The translations under genes were made by a program, and so were the position numbers. Below are positions 47,980 through 55,341 of a stretch of DNA of 55,341 nt, piece after piece. The notes under the pieces are model-generated. The model was not told the DNA's origin and made no database searches. It was given only the letters and a program-made list of their open reading frames with translations. How positions within the stretch are numbered: the stretch's first letter is position 1; each line of letters opens with the position of its first letter. Source of the DNA: a virus (Duplodnaviria > Caudoviricetes); the IMG/VR virus record IMGVR_UViG_3300006990_000036, positions 1-55,341 of that record; one strand, written 5' to 3'.

Positions 47980-48645
47980 GTGTTAACAATGAAGGTTTTT
48001 CTAGGTGTTTTTGTGCTCGCCCTGTTTATGGGATCGGCTGCTGTGGAAGCGGAACCGTACCCGTGGCACGAAGGGATTCTCAATCGACCGGCTACGGTTA
48101 CTGAGACGGCGGTCAGGGTCAATCCCCCGCCTCCTCGTGTTACACCGCCCCCTGAGACGGCTCCTCCGGCCACACAGCCGCCCGTAACGGCTCCTCCGGC
48201 CACACAGGCCCCTGAGACGGCTCCTGAACAGCCTGCGCCCGCTGAGAGGATTCCTGCCCCCTCTGGACCCCCTTCGATCATTCCTGGCGACTGTGAGTCA
48301 GTCAGACGAGTGTTTAACTATTACGATCCGAGTGGAAACTCTGCCGCATTTTTTGTGGACGGTGGAATTGCCTACAGGGAGACTCGTTGCGGTACAGATA
48401 CTTTAAATGAAAGTTCTGGAGACACGGGTGTTGTGCAACTTAACCCAGTGCATAACCGAGCAGGTTACTTCGGGGGACGCTATTTCGGTGACGGCGGCTG
48501 GCTGATGGCTCTCCACGGCCTGCGTACCCGTCAAAACACTCTGAGTTCTGAGTGGGCTAATGCGGCTATTACTTTGCGTAAAGTCTGTGGTAACGGCCCG
48601 TGGGCCACAGGTGGAAACTATAGTTGCTTGTATCGCAATCTGTGA
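47980..48645 (+). CDS. Secreted Pro-rich protein with a lysozyme/transglycosylase-like C-terminal domain
   Basis: Signal peptide; repeats PPETAPPATQ/PPVTAPPATQ; IAYRETRC..GDTGVVQLN..NAAI..PW. Confidence 0.6.
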   Translation: MLTMKVFLGVFVLALFMGSAAVEAEPYPWHEGILNRPATVTETAVRVNPPPPRVTPPPETAPPATQPPVTAPPATQAPETAPEQPAPAERIPAPSGPPSIIPGDCESVRRVFNYYDPSGNSAAFFVDGGIAYRETRCGTDTLNESSGDTGVVQLNPVHNRAGYFGGRYFGDGGWLMALHGLRTRQNTLSSEWANAAITLRKVCGNGPWATGGNYSCLYRNL

Positions 48646-48683
48646 CTTGACCGCACACGATAAAGTGTGCTATCATTAGCATC

Positions 48684-48771
48684 GGAGCGGTGACAGAGCG
48701 GCCGAATGTACTTGTCTTGAAAACAAGCGAGGTGAAAGCCTCCGTGGGTTCAAATCCCACTCGCTCCGCCA
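48684..48771 (+). tRNA. tRNA-Ser(UGA)
   Basis: Acceptor GGAGCGG/TCGCTCC, G73 plus CCA; anticodon arm CTTGT-CTTGAAA-ACAAG; long variable arm; GGTTCAAATCC. Confidence 0.95.
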
Positions 48772-48773
48772 TA

Positions 48774-48853
48774 CCCGTGGAACTACCTGGGAGTAGAGGC
48801 AGGCTGTAAACCTGCTGCCGTTGGCTAGGGAGGTTCGATTCCTTCCCACGGGA
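48774..48853 (+). tRNA. tRNA-Tyr(GUA), atypical (C1:G72, A8)
   Basis: Acceptor CCCGTGG/CCACGGG, A73; D arm CTAC-CTGGGA-GTAG; anticodon arm GCAGG-CTGTAAA-CCTGC; variable arm; T arm GGAGG-TTCGATT-CCTTC. Confidence 0.85.
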
Positions 48854-48901
48854 CACAAGTGTAGTATTGACCTACACAGGTGAGTGTGGTACAATAGCGG
48901 C

Positions 48902-49057
48902 ATGAGCAACGCTGACCCTAATACTCCGTATGATTATGCTAGTGAGCCTGACTGGGTGTACACTAAGCCTGATAAGCCTAGTGGCTGGAATCACTACTTC
49001 TTTCACGGTGACTTTTGGAGAGAGGATGAAGATGATATACATGCAGACATTGATTAA
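48902..49057 (+). CDS. Small hypothetical protein (51 aa, not in the ORF track)
   Basis: MSNADPNTPYDY...; TTGACC-17-TACAAT-6-ATG. Confidence 0.55.
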   Translation: MSNADPNTPYDYASEPDWVYTKPDKPSGWNHYFFHGDFWREDEDDIHADID

Positions 49058-49223
49058 GTGGTTGAGGCTACTCTTCTATAAGAAGTCAGCCTTTGATGGA
49101 TATACATTTGATCTTGACGAATACACACCCATCACTGAAGAAGACTACGAAAGCGTGACGGCGTTATCGTCGCCCGCAGTTACATCACCCCGCCGTCGAT
49201 CAAAAGGGAGCACTTCCAAATGA
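49041..49223 (+). CDS. Hypothetical protein
   Basis: MQTLIKWLRLLF...; 3' part of the tracked ORF 48930..49223. Confidence 0.4.
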   Translation: MQTLIKWLRLLFYKKSAFDGYTFDLDEYTPITEEDYESVTALSSPAVTSPRRRSKGSTSK

Positions 49224-49381
49224 CCGAAACCGATATTTCCAAGTCCCAAGTAGAGACTATGATCCAACAGATTGAATCCATGCTTATTGACGTATCCGGG
49301 CATAACAACGTCCCCGCTGCCGATATGCGTGACGGATTGTTAGACCTGTTGAATATGGCAAACGCTTTAGAAGACGAATGA
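49220..49381 (+). CDS. Small hypothetical protein (53 aa, not in the ORF track)
   Basis: MTETDISKSQVETMIQQIE...; SD GGGAG and ATGA overlap. Confidence 0.55.
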   Translation: MTETDISKSQVETMIQQIESMLIDVSGHNNVPAADMRDGLLDLLNMANALEDE

Positions 49382-49384
49382 CCT

Positions 49385-49693
49385 ATGATTTGCGAGTTTA
49401 CCGCAGGAACAGAGCACTGGTACGTTGACACCGACAAGACCTACGTGAAGATTTTTGACAACATTGACCAACGTGTTATCAAAGAAAACCACAACTTAGG
49501 TTTACTAGCCCAGTTGGAAGGTAACCGTATTGCGGCCTACGAGGGCACCTATGCAATGATCGGCGTTTCCCCCACGATTACCACGACTCACTTCTTCCTA
49601 GAAGGAGGCAAAGAGGCAAATCGTATCATATGGCGACCCGGAATGACAGAAGAACTTGAGGAAGAAGTTGAGGTAGACAATGCCTATTTATAA
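49385..49693 (+). CDS. Hypothetical protein
   Basis: 102 aa in the operon. Confidence 0.55.
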   Translation: MICEFTAGTEHWYVDTDKTYVKIFDNIDQRVIKENHNLGLLAQLEGNRIAAYEGTYAMIGVSPTITTTHFFLEGGKEANRIIWRPGMTEELEEEVEVDNAYL

Positions 49694-50117
49694 GGACTTT
49701 GACCGTGACCTACATAACCGGCACGACGTACAAGGCCGGGAAACCGTGAAGAACTATGTGAGCGCACACAAAGATGGGCTTATCGCTAAAGATAACCCTG
49801 ACGAATACGGGGTAGACTTACTGTTCTACAAATACGATAGACTCGTAGGTTACGGTGAAGTAGAAGTACGGACGAACTGGAAAGCTACAGTTTTCCCGTT
49901 CAAAAGCCTGCATGTGCCTGAACGTAAGAAGAAACTGTTAGACAACGATCTACCTACCCTGTTCTTCTCCGTCAACGAGAAACACACCCAAATGTTTGTG
50001 TGCAAAGCAGAAACCGTGCTCAACGCCCCGCTAGTCGAAGTATCCAACAAATACGTACAAAAGGGTGAACTGTTCTACGACGTAAAGACCACAGACCTCT
50101 ACCTGACAGAAACATGA
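49680..50117 (+). CDS. Putative PD-(D/E)xK-fold nuclease-like protein
   Basis: DEYGVDL..YGEVEVRTNW..LHVPERKKK. Confidence 0.5.
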   Translation: MPIYKDFDRDLHNRHDVQGRETVKNYVSAHKDGLIAKDNPDEYGVDLLFYKYDRLVGYGEVEVRTNWKATVFPFKSLHVPERKKKLLDNDLPTLFFSVNEKHTQMFVCKAETVLNAPLVEVSNKYVQKGELFYDVKTTDLYLTET

Positions 50118-50123
50118 GATAAA

Positions 50124-50279
50124 ATGGACCCCCTATGGCTCCCCCCAATGTACTGTCCCGACTGCGAAGTCTACTGGGAACAACTAGAAGGAACCCCCTG
50201 CTGGATATGCAAACAGCCCGGAGAATACCAGAAACGACTAGTATCCCCCCGGACACGACTTATCAGGACACATGACTGA
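50124..50279 (+). CDS. Small Zn-finger-like protein (51 aa, not in the ORF track)
   Basis: YCPDCE..PCWICK (two CxxC). Confidence 0.45.
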   Translation: MDPLWLPPMYCPDCEVYWEQLEGTPCWICKQPGEYQKRLVSPRTRLIRTHD

Positions 50280-50281
50280 CT

Positions 50282-50566
50282 ATGCCCCTATCAGGTAACC
50301 TCAGCCTCAAGTACTGCTCCGTAAGCAGGTGCGGCAATTCAGCACAATACCACGTCCAATTCACAGACAAAGAAAACAACTATACATCAAGTGTACAGCC
50401 CTACTGTAGTGACCACACCAAAATCGGATGGTACCTACCCCCCAAAGGGAAACAGAAAGGCAAATGGGTAGGAGGATGGATACCGTCCAACATACACACA
50501 ATACACGACAACTACGGCGACGAACTCACCGTATCACAAGTCAAAAACTCGACAGCAAGGTTCTAA
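50282..50566 (+). CDS. Hypothetical protein, possible Zn site
   Basis: CSVSRC..YCSDH. Confidence 0.5.
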   Translation: MPLSGNLSLKYCSVSRCGNSAQYHVQFTDKENNYTSSVQPYCSDHTKIGWYLPPKGKQKGKWVGGWIPSNIHTIHDNYGDELTVSQVKNSTARF

Positions 50567-50569
50567 CAA

Positions 50570-50707
50570 ATGGACAACATTCTATTCGCAGGCATCGTAT
50601 GGCTCATCCTGTCAGGAGCCGCAACAGCACTGTGGTCACTATCCGCAATAGTAACCACACTCACCGACAAACTACTCTCAACATACAAAAGAAGGAACCC
50701 CAAATGA
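50570..50707 (+). CDS. Small membrane protein (45 aa, not in the ORF track)
   Basis: MDNILFAGIVWLILSGAATALWSL..KRRNPK. Confidence 0.5.
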   Translation: MDNILFAGIVWLILSGAATALWSLSAIVTTLTDKLLSTYKRRNPK

Positions 50708-50838
50708 CCAAAAATTTAGGATGGCTCATAGCCGCCCCAATCATCGCAGCAGGACTCATCACCCTCGCAATCCACCAAACAATCACCCAAATCACCCGAC
50801 TACACGAACACGCCCAAACAGGACAACACCCCAAATAG
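50704..50838 (+). CDS. Small membrane protein (44 aa)
   Basis: MTKNLGWLIAAPIIAAGLITLAI; SD AAGGA, ATGA overlap. Confidence 0.45.
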   Translation: MTKNLGWLIAAPIIAAGLITLAIHQTITQITRLHEHAQTGQHPK

Positions 50839-51090
50839 AAACCCCGCAAATCCTACCACGATCACAAACACCCCCAAGCAACACACAACAAAAAGCCCTA
50901 AAGGACAAACCAATGCTACCCCAAGACTACATGATAGGCATAGCCTTCACCATTATAGCCATAACCCTAGTATTAGCGTTAGACTCATACACAAGTTGAC
51001 ACCCACCCACCCTCTACAGTAAACTACAACCATAACACCCTACTAGTATTAAACCCAAACAACAAAACCCATACTAGAAGGACCCTAACT

Positions 51091-51489
51091 GTGGACAACA
51101 ACACAAACCCACTCACACGCATAACCAAAAACATCCGAACACCTATACAACCCCCAAACACCCCACAACCCCCCATTGACCCCCACCAAAACCCCCCAGA
51201 ACCCGCTAAACACTGGTCTGATGACGCTTTGTGTAAGGGTAAGACGGATCAGATGTTCCCTAAGGAGCATAAGGATTTGTCGTATATTTCGGAGGCTCGT
51301 CGTATGTGTAGGCAGTGTCCTGTGCGTAAGGATTGTTTGGAGTATGCTTTGTCGTTTCCGGCTTCGGATCAGCATGGGGTTTGGGCTGGGTTGACTCCTC
51401 GGCAGTTGGATTCTGAGGCTAAGCGTCGTGGGGTTCGGGTTGAGCGTTTTACTTTGGCTCAGGTTTGGTCGCATTTGAATCGGGGTTGA
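51091..51489 (+). CDS. whiB: WhiB-family Fe-S transcription factor
   Basis: W..DALC.G..FP..ARRMCRQCPVRKDCLEYAL..HGVWAGLT (4 Cys plus GVWxG). Confidence 0.92.
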   Translation: MDNNTNPLTRITKNIRTPIQPPNTPQPPIDPHQNPPEPAKHWSDDALCKGKTDQMFPKEHKDLSYISEARRMCRQCPVRKDCLEYALSFPASDQHGVWAGLTPRQLDSEAKRRGVRVERFTLAQVWSHLNRG

Positions 51490-51577
51490 GTGTCCGGCCG
51501 GTGGGGATTGTGTCAAGTTGTTTGTGTGTTTTGTGTTTGTTTGTATAGTGGTTGTAGATACGTGGTAGTATAGTTGT

Positions 51578-52195
51578 ATGGATTCTAATAAGCTTTCTAA
51601 GGAGTTTTTGGCGGAGAGGGATGCCCGTATTTTTGGGTTGCGTAAGTCTGGGTTGTCGAATCAGGATATTGGGAAGCGGTTTAATATGTCGGCTTCGGCT
51701 GTGGCGGCGGCTACGAGGCGTCAGTTGGGTCGGTTGAATTCTGAGGCGTGGTTGTCGTATCCTGATGTGTTGCGTTTGGAGTTGGAGCGGTTGGATGAGA
51801 TGCAGAAGTCTGTGTGGCCTTTGACTCAGTTTAGGCGTGAGGTGTTGGATGATGGTTCTGAGGTGATGTTGGAGCCGGATCAGAATGCTGTGCGTACTGT
51901 GTTGGGTATTATGGATAGGCGTGCTAAGTTGTTGGGTATGAATGTTGAGCGGTCTGAGGTTGCGATTTCTGGTTTGGAGGGGGCGTCGTCTGTTGAGGTT
52001 ACGTCGTCGTTGGCTGGGGTTGGTGGTGAGGTGTCGGTTGCGGGTGATGCTAAGGGTGAGGCTTTGGCGTTGTTGGAGTTGATGTCTTCGTCGGGTGTGT
52101 TGGATTCTGGTGTTGTTAATAATATTTTGGATAGTGTTGATCGTGATGATGATGTGGTTGATGCTGTGATTGTTGAGGAGGACAGTGATGTCTAG
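51578..52195 (+). CDS. HTH protein resembling phage terminase small subunits
   Basis: ERDARIFGLRKSGLSNQDIG (HTH); LELERLDEMQ..W; AVRTVLGIMDRRAKLLG. Confidence 0.6.
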   Translation: MDSNKLSKEFLAERDARIFGLRKSGLSNQDIGKRFNMSASAVAAATRRQLGRLNSEAWLSYPDVLRLELERLDEMQKSVWPLTQFRREVLDDGSEVMLEPDQNAVRTVLGIMDRRAKLLGMNVERSEVAISGLEGASSVEVTSSLAGVGGEVSVAGDAKGEALALLELMSSSGVLDSGVVNNILDSVDRDDDVVDAVIVEEDSDV

Positions 52196-52523
52196 TGATT
52201 ATTTGAAACAAACTTTGTTGGCGGATGAGGTGCGGAAGGCTGAGGTTGCTGGTGCGGTCGATGCTGTGCTGGAGGGTGATGTAGCCCCGGCGTTGGCGGA
52301 TGATGAGCCTCGTGACCGTCAGGTGTTGATTCGTGTTGGGGAAACTCAGCGGTCTCAGTGGCAGGCGGCGGCTGAGTCTGATGGGGCTTCTGTGTCTGAG
52401 TGGTTGAGGCAGATGGCTGATGCACGGTGGCGTGAGATTTATACGTGTACGCATCCGTTGGAGCGGCGGCAGGTGTATCCTTGGTCTGAGATTTGTTTGG
52501 ATTGTGGTACGAAGCTGCGGTAG
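52188..52523 (+). CDS. Ribbon-helix-helix-like protein with C-terminal Zn finger
   Basis: QVLIRV..QRSQWQAAAESDGASVSEWLR; CTHP..CLDCG. Confidence 0.65.
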   Translation: MSSDYLKQTLLADEVRKAEVAGAVDAVLEGDVAPALADDEPRDRQVLIRVGETQRSQWQAAAESDGASVSEWLRQMADARWREIYTCTHPLERRQVYPWSEICLDCGTKLR

Positions 52524-52647
52524 GGACACCATTGAGGGTATTTGGGTGGGTTAGTCCCGGTCTTGAGTGGGCTGGGGTTGGCGAGTCCCGCAGGTTTAGC
52601 GGTGTGGGCCTGTGGGGCGGGGCTGGTTTACCTTGATGGTTGGGAAT

Positions 52648-52690
52648 GAGAAAGGGGACCTTAGCAACTTTACTGCTAGGGTCCCCTCTC
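52648..52690. terminator. Hairpin between convergent genes
   Basis: GAGAAAGGGGACC..TAGCA..TGCTA..GGTCCCCTCTC. Confidence 0.55.
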
Positions 52691-52717
52691 TGTGTTAATT
52701 GGTGTGTTGTTAGATGT

Positions 52718-52867
52718 TTACCAGCGTGCTCGTGCTGCTGCGATTTCTCGTTCTAGGTCGTCGGTCCATAGGGAGCGGTCTCGTGGGACGCTGATGCCGT
52801 TGATGTAGAGTAGCTTCTTGCGGGCTTTTCGACGGTCTTTGAGCCGGGTAATGATTTTCTTTGTCAT
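52718..52867 (-). CDS. Small basic protein (49 aa, not in the ORF track)
   Basis: MTKKIITRLKDRRKARKKLLY...; strong SD AAGGAGGTGA; TAGAAT upstream on the minus strand. Confidence 0.65.
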   Translation of the reverse strand: MTKKIITRLKDRRKARKKLLYINGISVPRDRSLWTDDLEREIAAARARW

Positions 52868-53042
52868 GTGTTGGTTCACCTCCTTGGGGTGTGGTTTAGC
52901 TTATTAGCCAAACTCTATTCTAGCGGGACTGGTCGGGTATGTATAGTGCGGGTTGGGTGAAGGTAGTCACAGGCGGGGGTGTGTATGTGGGCACGTAGGG
53001 ACACCATTGGCCTTTTAGTGTAGTTTGGGGTATTATATAAAT

Positions 53043-53255
53043 ATGAATGATTTATTTGATGTGGCTGGTCCGGGGCGTCCACCGAAGCGTGCTGATGTAG
53101 AAAGTAAAAACGTGGGCATGTCGTTTAAGGTTGACCCTCGTTTAAAGAATTTGTTGATGGATATCGCTGATGGTTATGGGATTTCGATGACAGAGTTGTT
53201 GTTGATGATGGCGATGAAGGAAGCGGGCGTAGAGTACTTAGAGGACTTGGAGTGA
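53043..53255 (+). CDS. AT-hook plus ribbon-helix-helix-like DNA-binding protein
   Basis: PGRPPKR; MSFKVDPRLKNLLMDIADGYGISMTELL. Confidence 0.65.
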   Translation: MNDLFDVAGPGRPPKRADVESKNVGMSFKVDPRLKNLLMDIADGYGISMTELLLMMAMKEAGVEYLEDLE

Positions 53256-53587
53256 CTGATCCTAACGAGAATGTCAGTTTGCATTTGCGTATGCCTGCTT
53301 GGGTGAAGGAGCTTGTGGCTGAGGCTGCTGCTGCGGAGGGTATGGCGATGGCACAGTATTGTGCTCATGTGTTAGCTGGGTGTGCTAGGGACACCATTGG
53401 CATTCCTGAACCCCCGCCTGCTGTGGCTGCGTTGCCGACTGTCTCGGATGTGTTGCGCACATACATTGAGGGCAGCAAGATGATCGGGCCGTGTGGTAAT
53501 GCGTGGCCCTGCGAGTACAGCGAAGAGGCTAGCAAGTTCATCGGTGACGCCGAGTTCTGCGGCTCGTGTAACGTGCGGGTTCATTAG
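53252..53587 (+). CDS. Ribbon-helix-helix-like protein with Cys-rich C-terminus
   Basis: LHLRMPAWVKELVAEAAAAEGMAMAQY; GPCG..PC..FCGSC. Confidence 0.6.
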   Translation: MTDPNENVSLHLRMPAWVKELVAEAAAAEGMAMAQYCAHVLAGCARDTIGIPEPPPAVAALPTVSDVLRTYIEGSKMIGPCGNAWPCEYSEEASKFIGDAEFCGSCNVRVH

Positions 53588-53859
53588 TACCGTCCTGCTG
53601 GCGTATGTGACTGCTGAAGTTCGGTGATATCGCAGTCTTTGGGGAGTTCGTGGTCTCTGAGGATCATGAGTGGTCGCCCGTACTGTTGGTCCATGCGATG
53701 TTCGACTTCGTGGAATCGTCCATGAAAAATTACTTTGTTCTTTTCTGCGTCTACTAGACAGAAGTCGGAAGGCATTAGCCATTCGATGATCTGTTCGTAT
53801 ACGTACTTAACCCATCTGTAGAGGGTTAGGTATCTTGGTTCTCCTACATGTTTAGCCAT
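53584..53859 (-). CDS. Hypothetical protein (start uncertain, 53859 or 53775)
   Basis: 3' part of the tracked ORF 53584..54027; follows the 53844 gene. Confidence 0.4.
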   Translation of the reverse strand: MAKHVGEPRYLTLYRWVKYVYEQIIEWLMPSDFCLVDAEKNKVIFHGRFHEVEHRMDQQYGRPLMILRDHELPKDCDITELQQSHTPAGRY

Positions 53860-54200
53860 TCGTCCATTTCTTTCTGTCCGTCTTTCTCCTGATGATATAG
53901 TGCCACGAACGTTTCCACCTTGTCGGCGTTCCGAAAGATAAGAGTTATGTCGTTGTACTTCTTGTTGCGGGGGTTCCGCCCGTTGTGCCATTCGGATAGC
54001 GTACATCCGATGATAGCTTGACGGCATGTCTCTTCACCGTACAGCTTGAGAGCGGAGGCGATTTTCTTTTCCCGTGCCTCGTCTAGTTTAGTACCTTCAG
54101 TCCTGTTGCACGTGTTCTTCCAGAAGTCGAAGACTGCTTGTACAGTCTCCGCAGGTACACCATTGGTATCTTTTAGATTGAATAAGTTTTGTTCTTCCAC
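53844..54200 (-). CDS. Protein resembling the C-terminal domain of phage replication initiators / replisome organizers
   Basis: VQAVFDFWK..KLDEAREKKIASALK.YG...C..AI.G...S.WH.G.N..KYNDITLIFR; GTG start with SD GGAGG. Confidence 0.6.
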   Translation of the reverse strand: MEEQNLFNLKDTNGVPAETVQAVFDFWKNTCNRTEGTKLDEAREKKIASALKLYGEETCRQAIIGCTLSEWHNGRNPRNKKYNDITLIFRNADKVETFVALYHQEKDGQKEMDEWLNM

Positions 54201-54280
54201 TGTTCCTCCTTCCGATAATAGATTTGTAAGATAACATATTGTTTGAACGGTTTTCGTCGGGGTTAGCCGTTCAGAACGAC

Positions 54281-54319
54281 GGAAGGGCCGAGGGGAGAGA
54301 GGATTCCCCCGGCCCTTCC
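54281..54319 (-). terminator. GC-rich hairpin downstream of the VWA gene
   Basis: GGAAGGGCCG / CGGCCCTTCC stem. Confidence 0.55.
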
Positions 54320-54333
54320 TGTCTGTGTGGGCA

Positions 54334-55341
54334 TCAGCGCTGCCGCAGGTACTCCTTCCATCGTGGCAGAACCTGTGGCTTGTAAGCCTGCCCACGCTGG
54401 AGACTCTGAAGGAAGGTAATCGCATCCTTTGGGGAGTACTCCATGTGAACGTTGTTCTTCTGTGCGAGGATAGCGCACTCGGTCTCGTCAAAGACGGAGG
54501 AGCCTCCTCGTGGACGGTAGACCAACCCATCGGTCACCCAGATGACTGGGGACTTCCGGTTGATGCGTCGGGACACAGCGTATTCGAGTGCGGGCCTGTC
54601 GTTGCCGTTGCCTCCACGGAACCGAGGAAGTTTGGCTGTCATCTTGCCCTTGTCTGCGAGGATGAAGCAGTTGTCTCCGTCGTAGCCTGTGGAGTAACCC
54701 ATGACGGTGCATCCAGGTGCTGCTTCCATCATTTCTCGCACCTGATCTTTGGAGAGTGACATGGAGCCTGAGCAGTCAATGAGTACGACGCCGCCGCTGG
54801 ACTTGACAAACTTGTCAAACACACGACGGTCAGGGTCGGTGAGCATACGATGCATCCGGCGAGGGTTGCGTCCCATGTTGGATGCCACTCGTTTGCGCCC
54901 GATAGCTCCAGGGATGGTAATGGTGAGCGGTAGGGCTTTGACTCTCAGGGGGAGCCATTCACCAATGCCGTTCTTTTCGATGCCTCCGTTTAAAGCTTTG
55001 TTAGCTTTATCTTGGATAGCCTTACGGTCAATGGTCTGATCTTTGTCAGCGAGTTCTTTGGCTTCGCCGTCGTCTTGCAGTCCCTCGTTGGTGTCGCCAC
55101 TGCTGCCTTTAGGGTTGCCGTCCTCGTCGGTCTCTTCGCCACCATCGCTGTCTGCGCTGTCGTCGGAGTCGTCGGAGTCGTCGGAGTTCTCTGGCTCTGG
55201 CTCTGGCTCTGGTGGCCTCTGCCGGGGGGCAGGCATCGCTGCGATGGACTCAATAAGCATGGCAAGCTCAATAGTAAAGTTCATACCAACTATTGTGGCG
55301 CTCTGCCGGTTTTCGTAAGTTGCCCCGTAGCGAAGTAGCGC
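54334..55341 (-). CDS. VWA-domain (CobT-like) protein, N-terminus outside the window
   Basis: MIDAS motif IDCSGSM, GNGNDRPAL, WVTDG; acidic linker; frame open to the right edge. Confidence 0.8.
   Translation of the reverse strand, partial: ALLRYGATYENRQSATIVGMNFTIELAMLIESIAAMPAPRQRPPEPEPEPENSDDSDDSDDSADSDGGEETDEDGNPKGSSGDTNEGLQDDGEAKELADKDQTIDRKAIQDKANKALNGGIEKNGIGEWLPLRVKALPLTITIPGAIGRKRVASNMGRNPRRMHRMLTDPDRRVFDKFVKSSGGVVLIDCSGSMSLSKDQVREMMEAAPGCTVMGYSTGYDGDNCFILADKGKMTAKLPRFRGGNGNDRPALEYAVSRRINRKSPVIWVTDGLVYRPRGGSSVFDETECAILAQKNNVHMEYSPKDAITFLQSLQRGQAYKPQVLPRWKEYLRQR

Larger units (their letters stand above)
52521..54166 (+). repeat. Dispersed direct repeat TAGGGACACCATTG(G), 4 copies
   Basis: 52521-52534, 52996-53010, 53386-53400, variant CAGGTACACCATTGG at 54152-54166. 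Confidence 0.8.

Noticed and set aside
48684-48771. Opal suppressor or Sec tRNA
   Set aside because: Anticodon UGA reads UCA (Ser); a suppressor would need anticodon UCA
50428-50999. Long Arg/His/Thr/Pro-rich ORFs in the AC-rich tract
   Set aside because: Frames stay open because T is scarce; only the short hydrophobic ORFs within them look real
54201-54530. N-terminal extension of ORF 53844..54530
   Set aside because: Overlaps the VWA gene and crosses a terminator-like hairpin; a GTG with SD GGAGG at 54200 is the better start
1-55341. Prophage or host chromosome sequence
   Set aside because: No integrase, att site or host housekeeping operon is visible; lifestyle cannot be decided from this window

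Overview
A 55 kb internal segment of a large tailed dsDNA phage with a contractile-type baseplate (gp25-like wedge, baseplate J, hub and spike). The host is most likely an actinobacterium, inferred from a WhiB-family regulator, a sigma-70 factor and about a dozen apparently leaderless genes. Order: end of tape measure, tail/baseplate genes, lysis enzymes, a replication/transcription cassette (exonuclease, IMPDH/GMPR-family enzyme, family A DNA polymerase, sigma factor, tRNA-Leu, DenV-like protein), then baseplate wedge genes and several tail fibres. The last putative virion gene ends in 22 tandem Pro-Pro-(Phe/Tyr/Ala)-Phe units. It is followed directly by a 13 kb island with eleven Fe(II)/2-oxoglutarate oxygenases, a DUF6065-like protein, a glutathione-peroxidase-fold protein with all four catalytic residues replaced, a methyltransferase-like protein and a thioredoxin. 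This island is the best candidate for an undescribed protein-modification system. The right end holds a candidate structured RNA, tRNA-Ser, an atypical C1:G72 tRNA-Tyr, a sharp AC-to-GT strand-skew inversion inside whiB next to a terminase-small-subunit-like gene, a repeated 14-15 bp DNA motif, RHH-like regulators and a partial VWA protein. All calls come from reading motifs by eye; no database search or folding computation was run.
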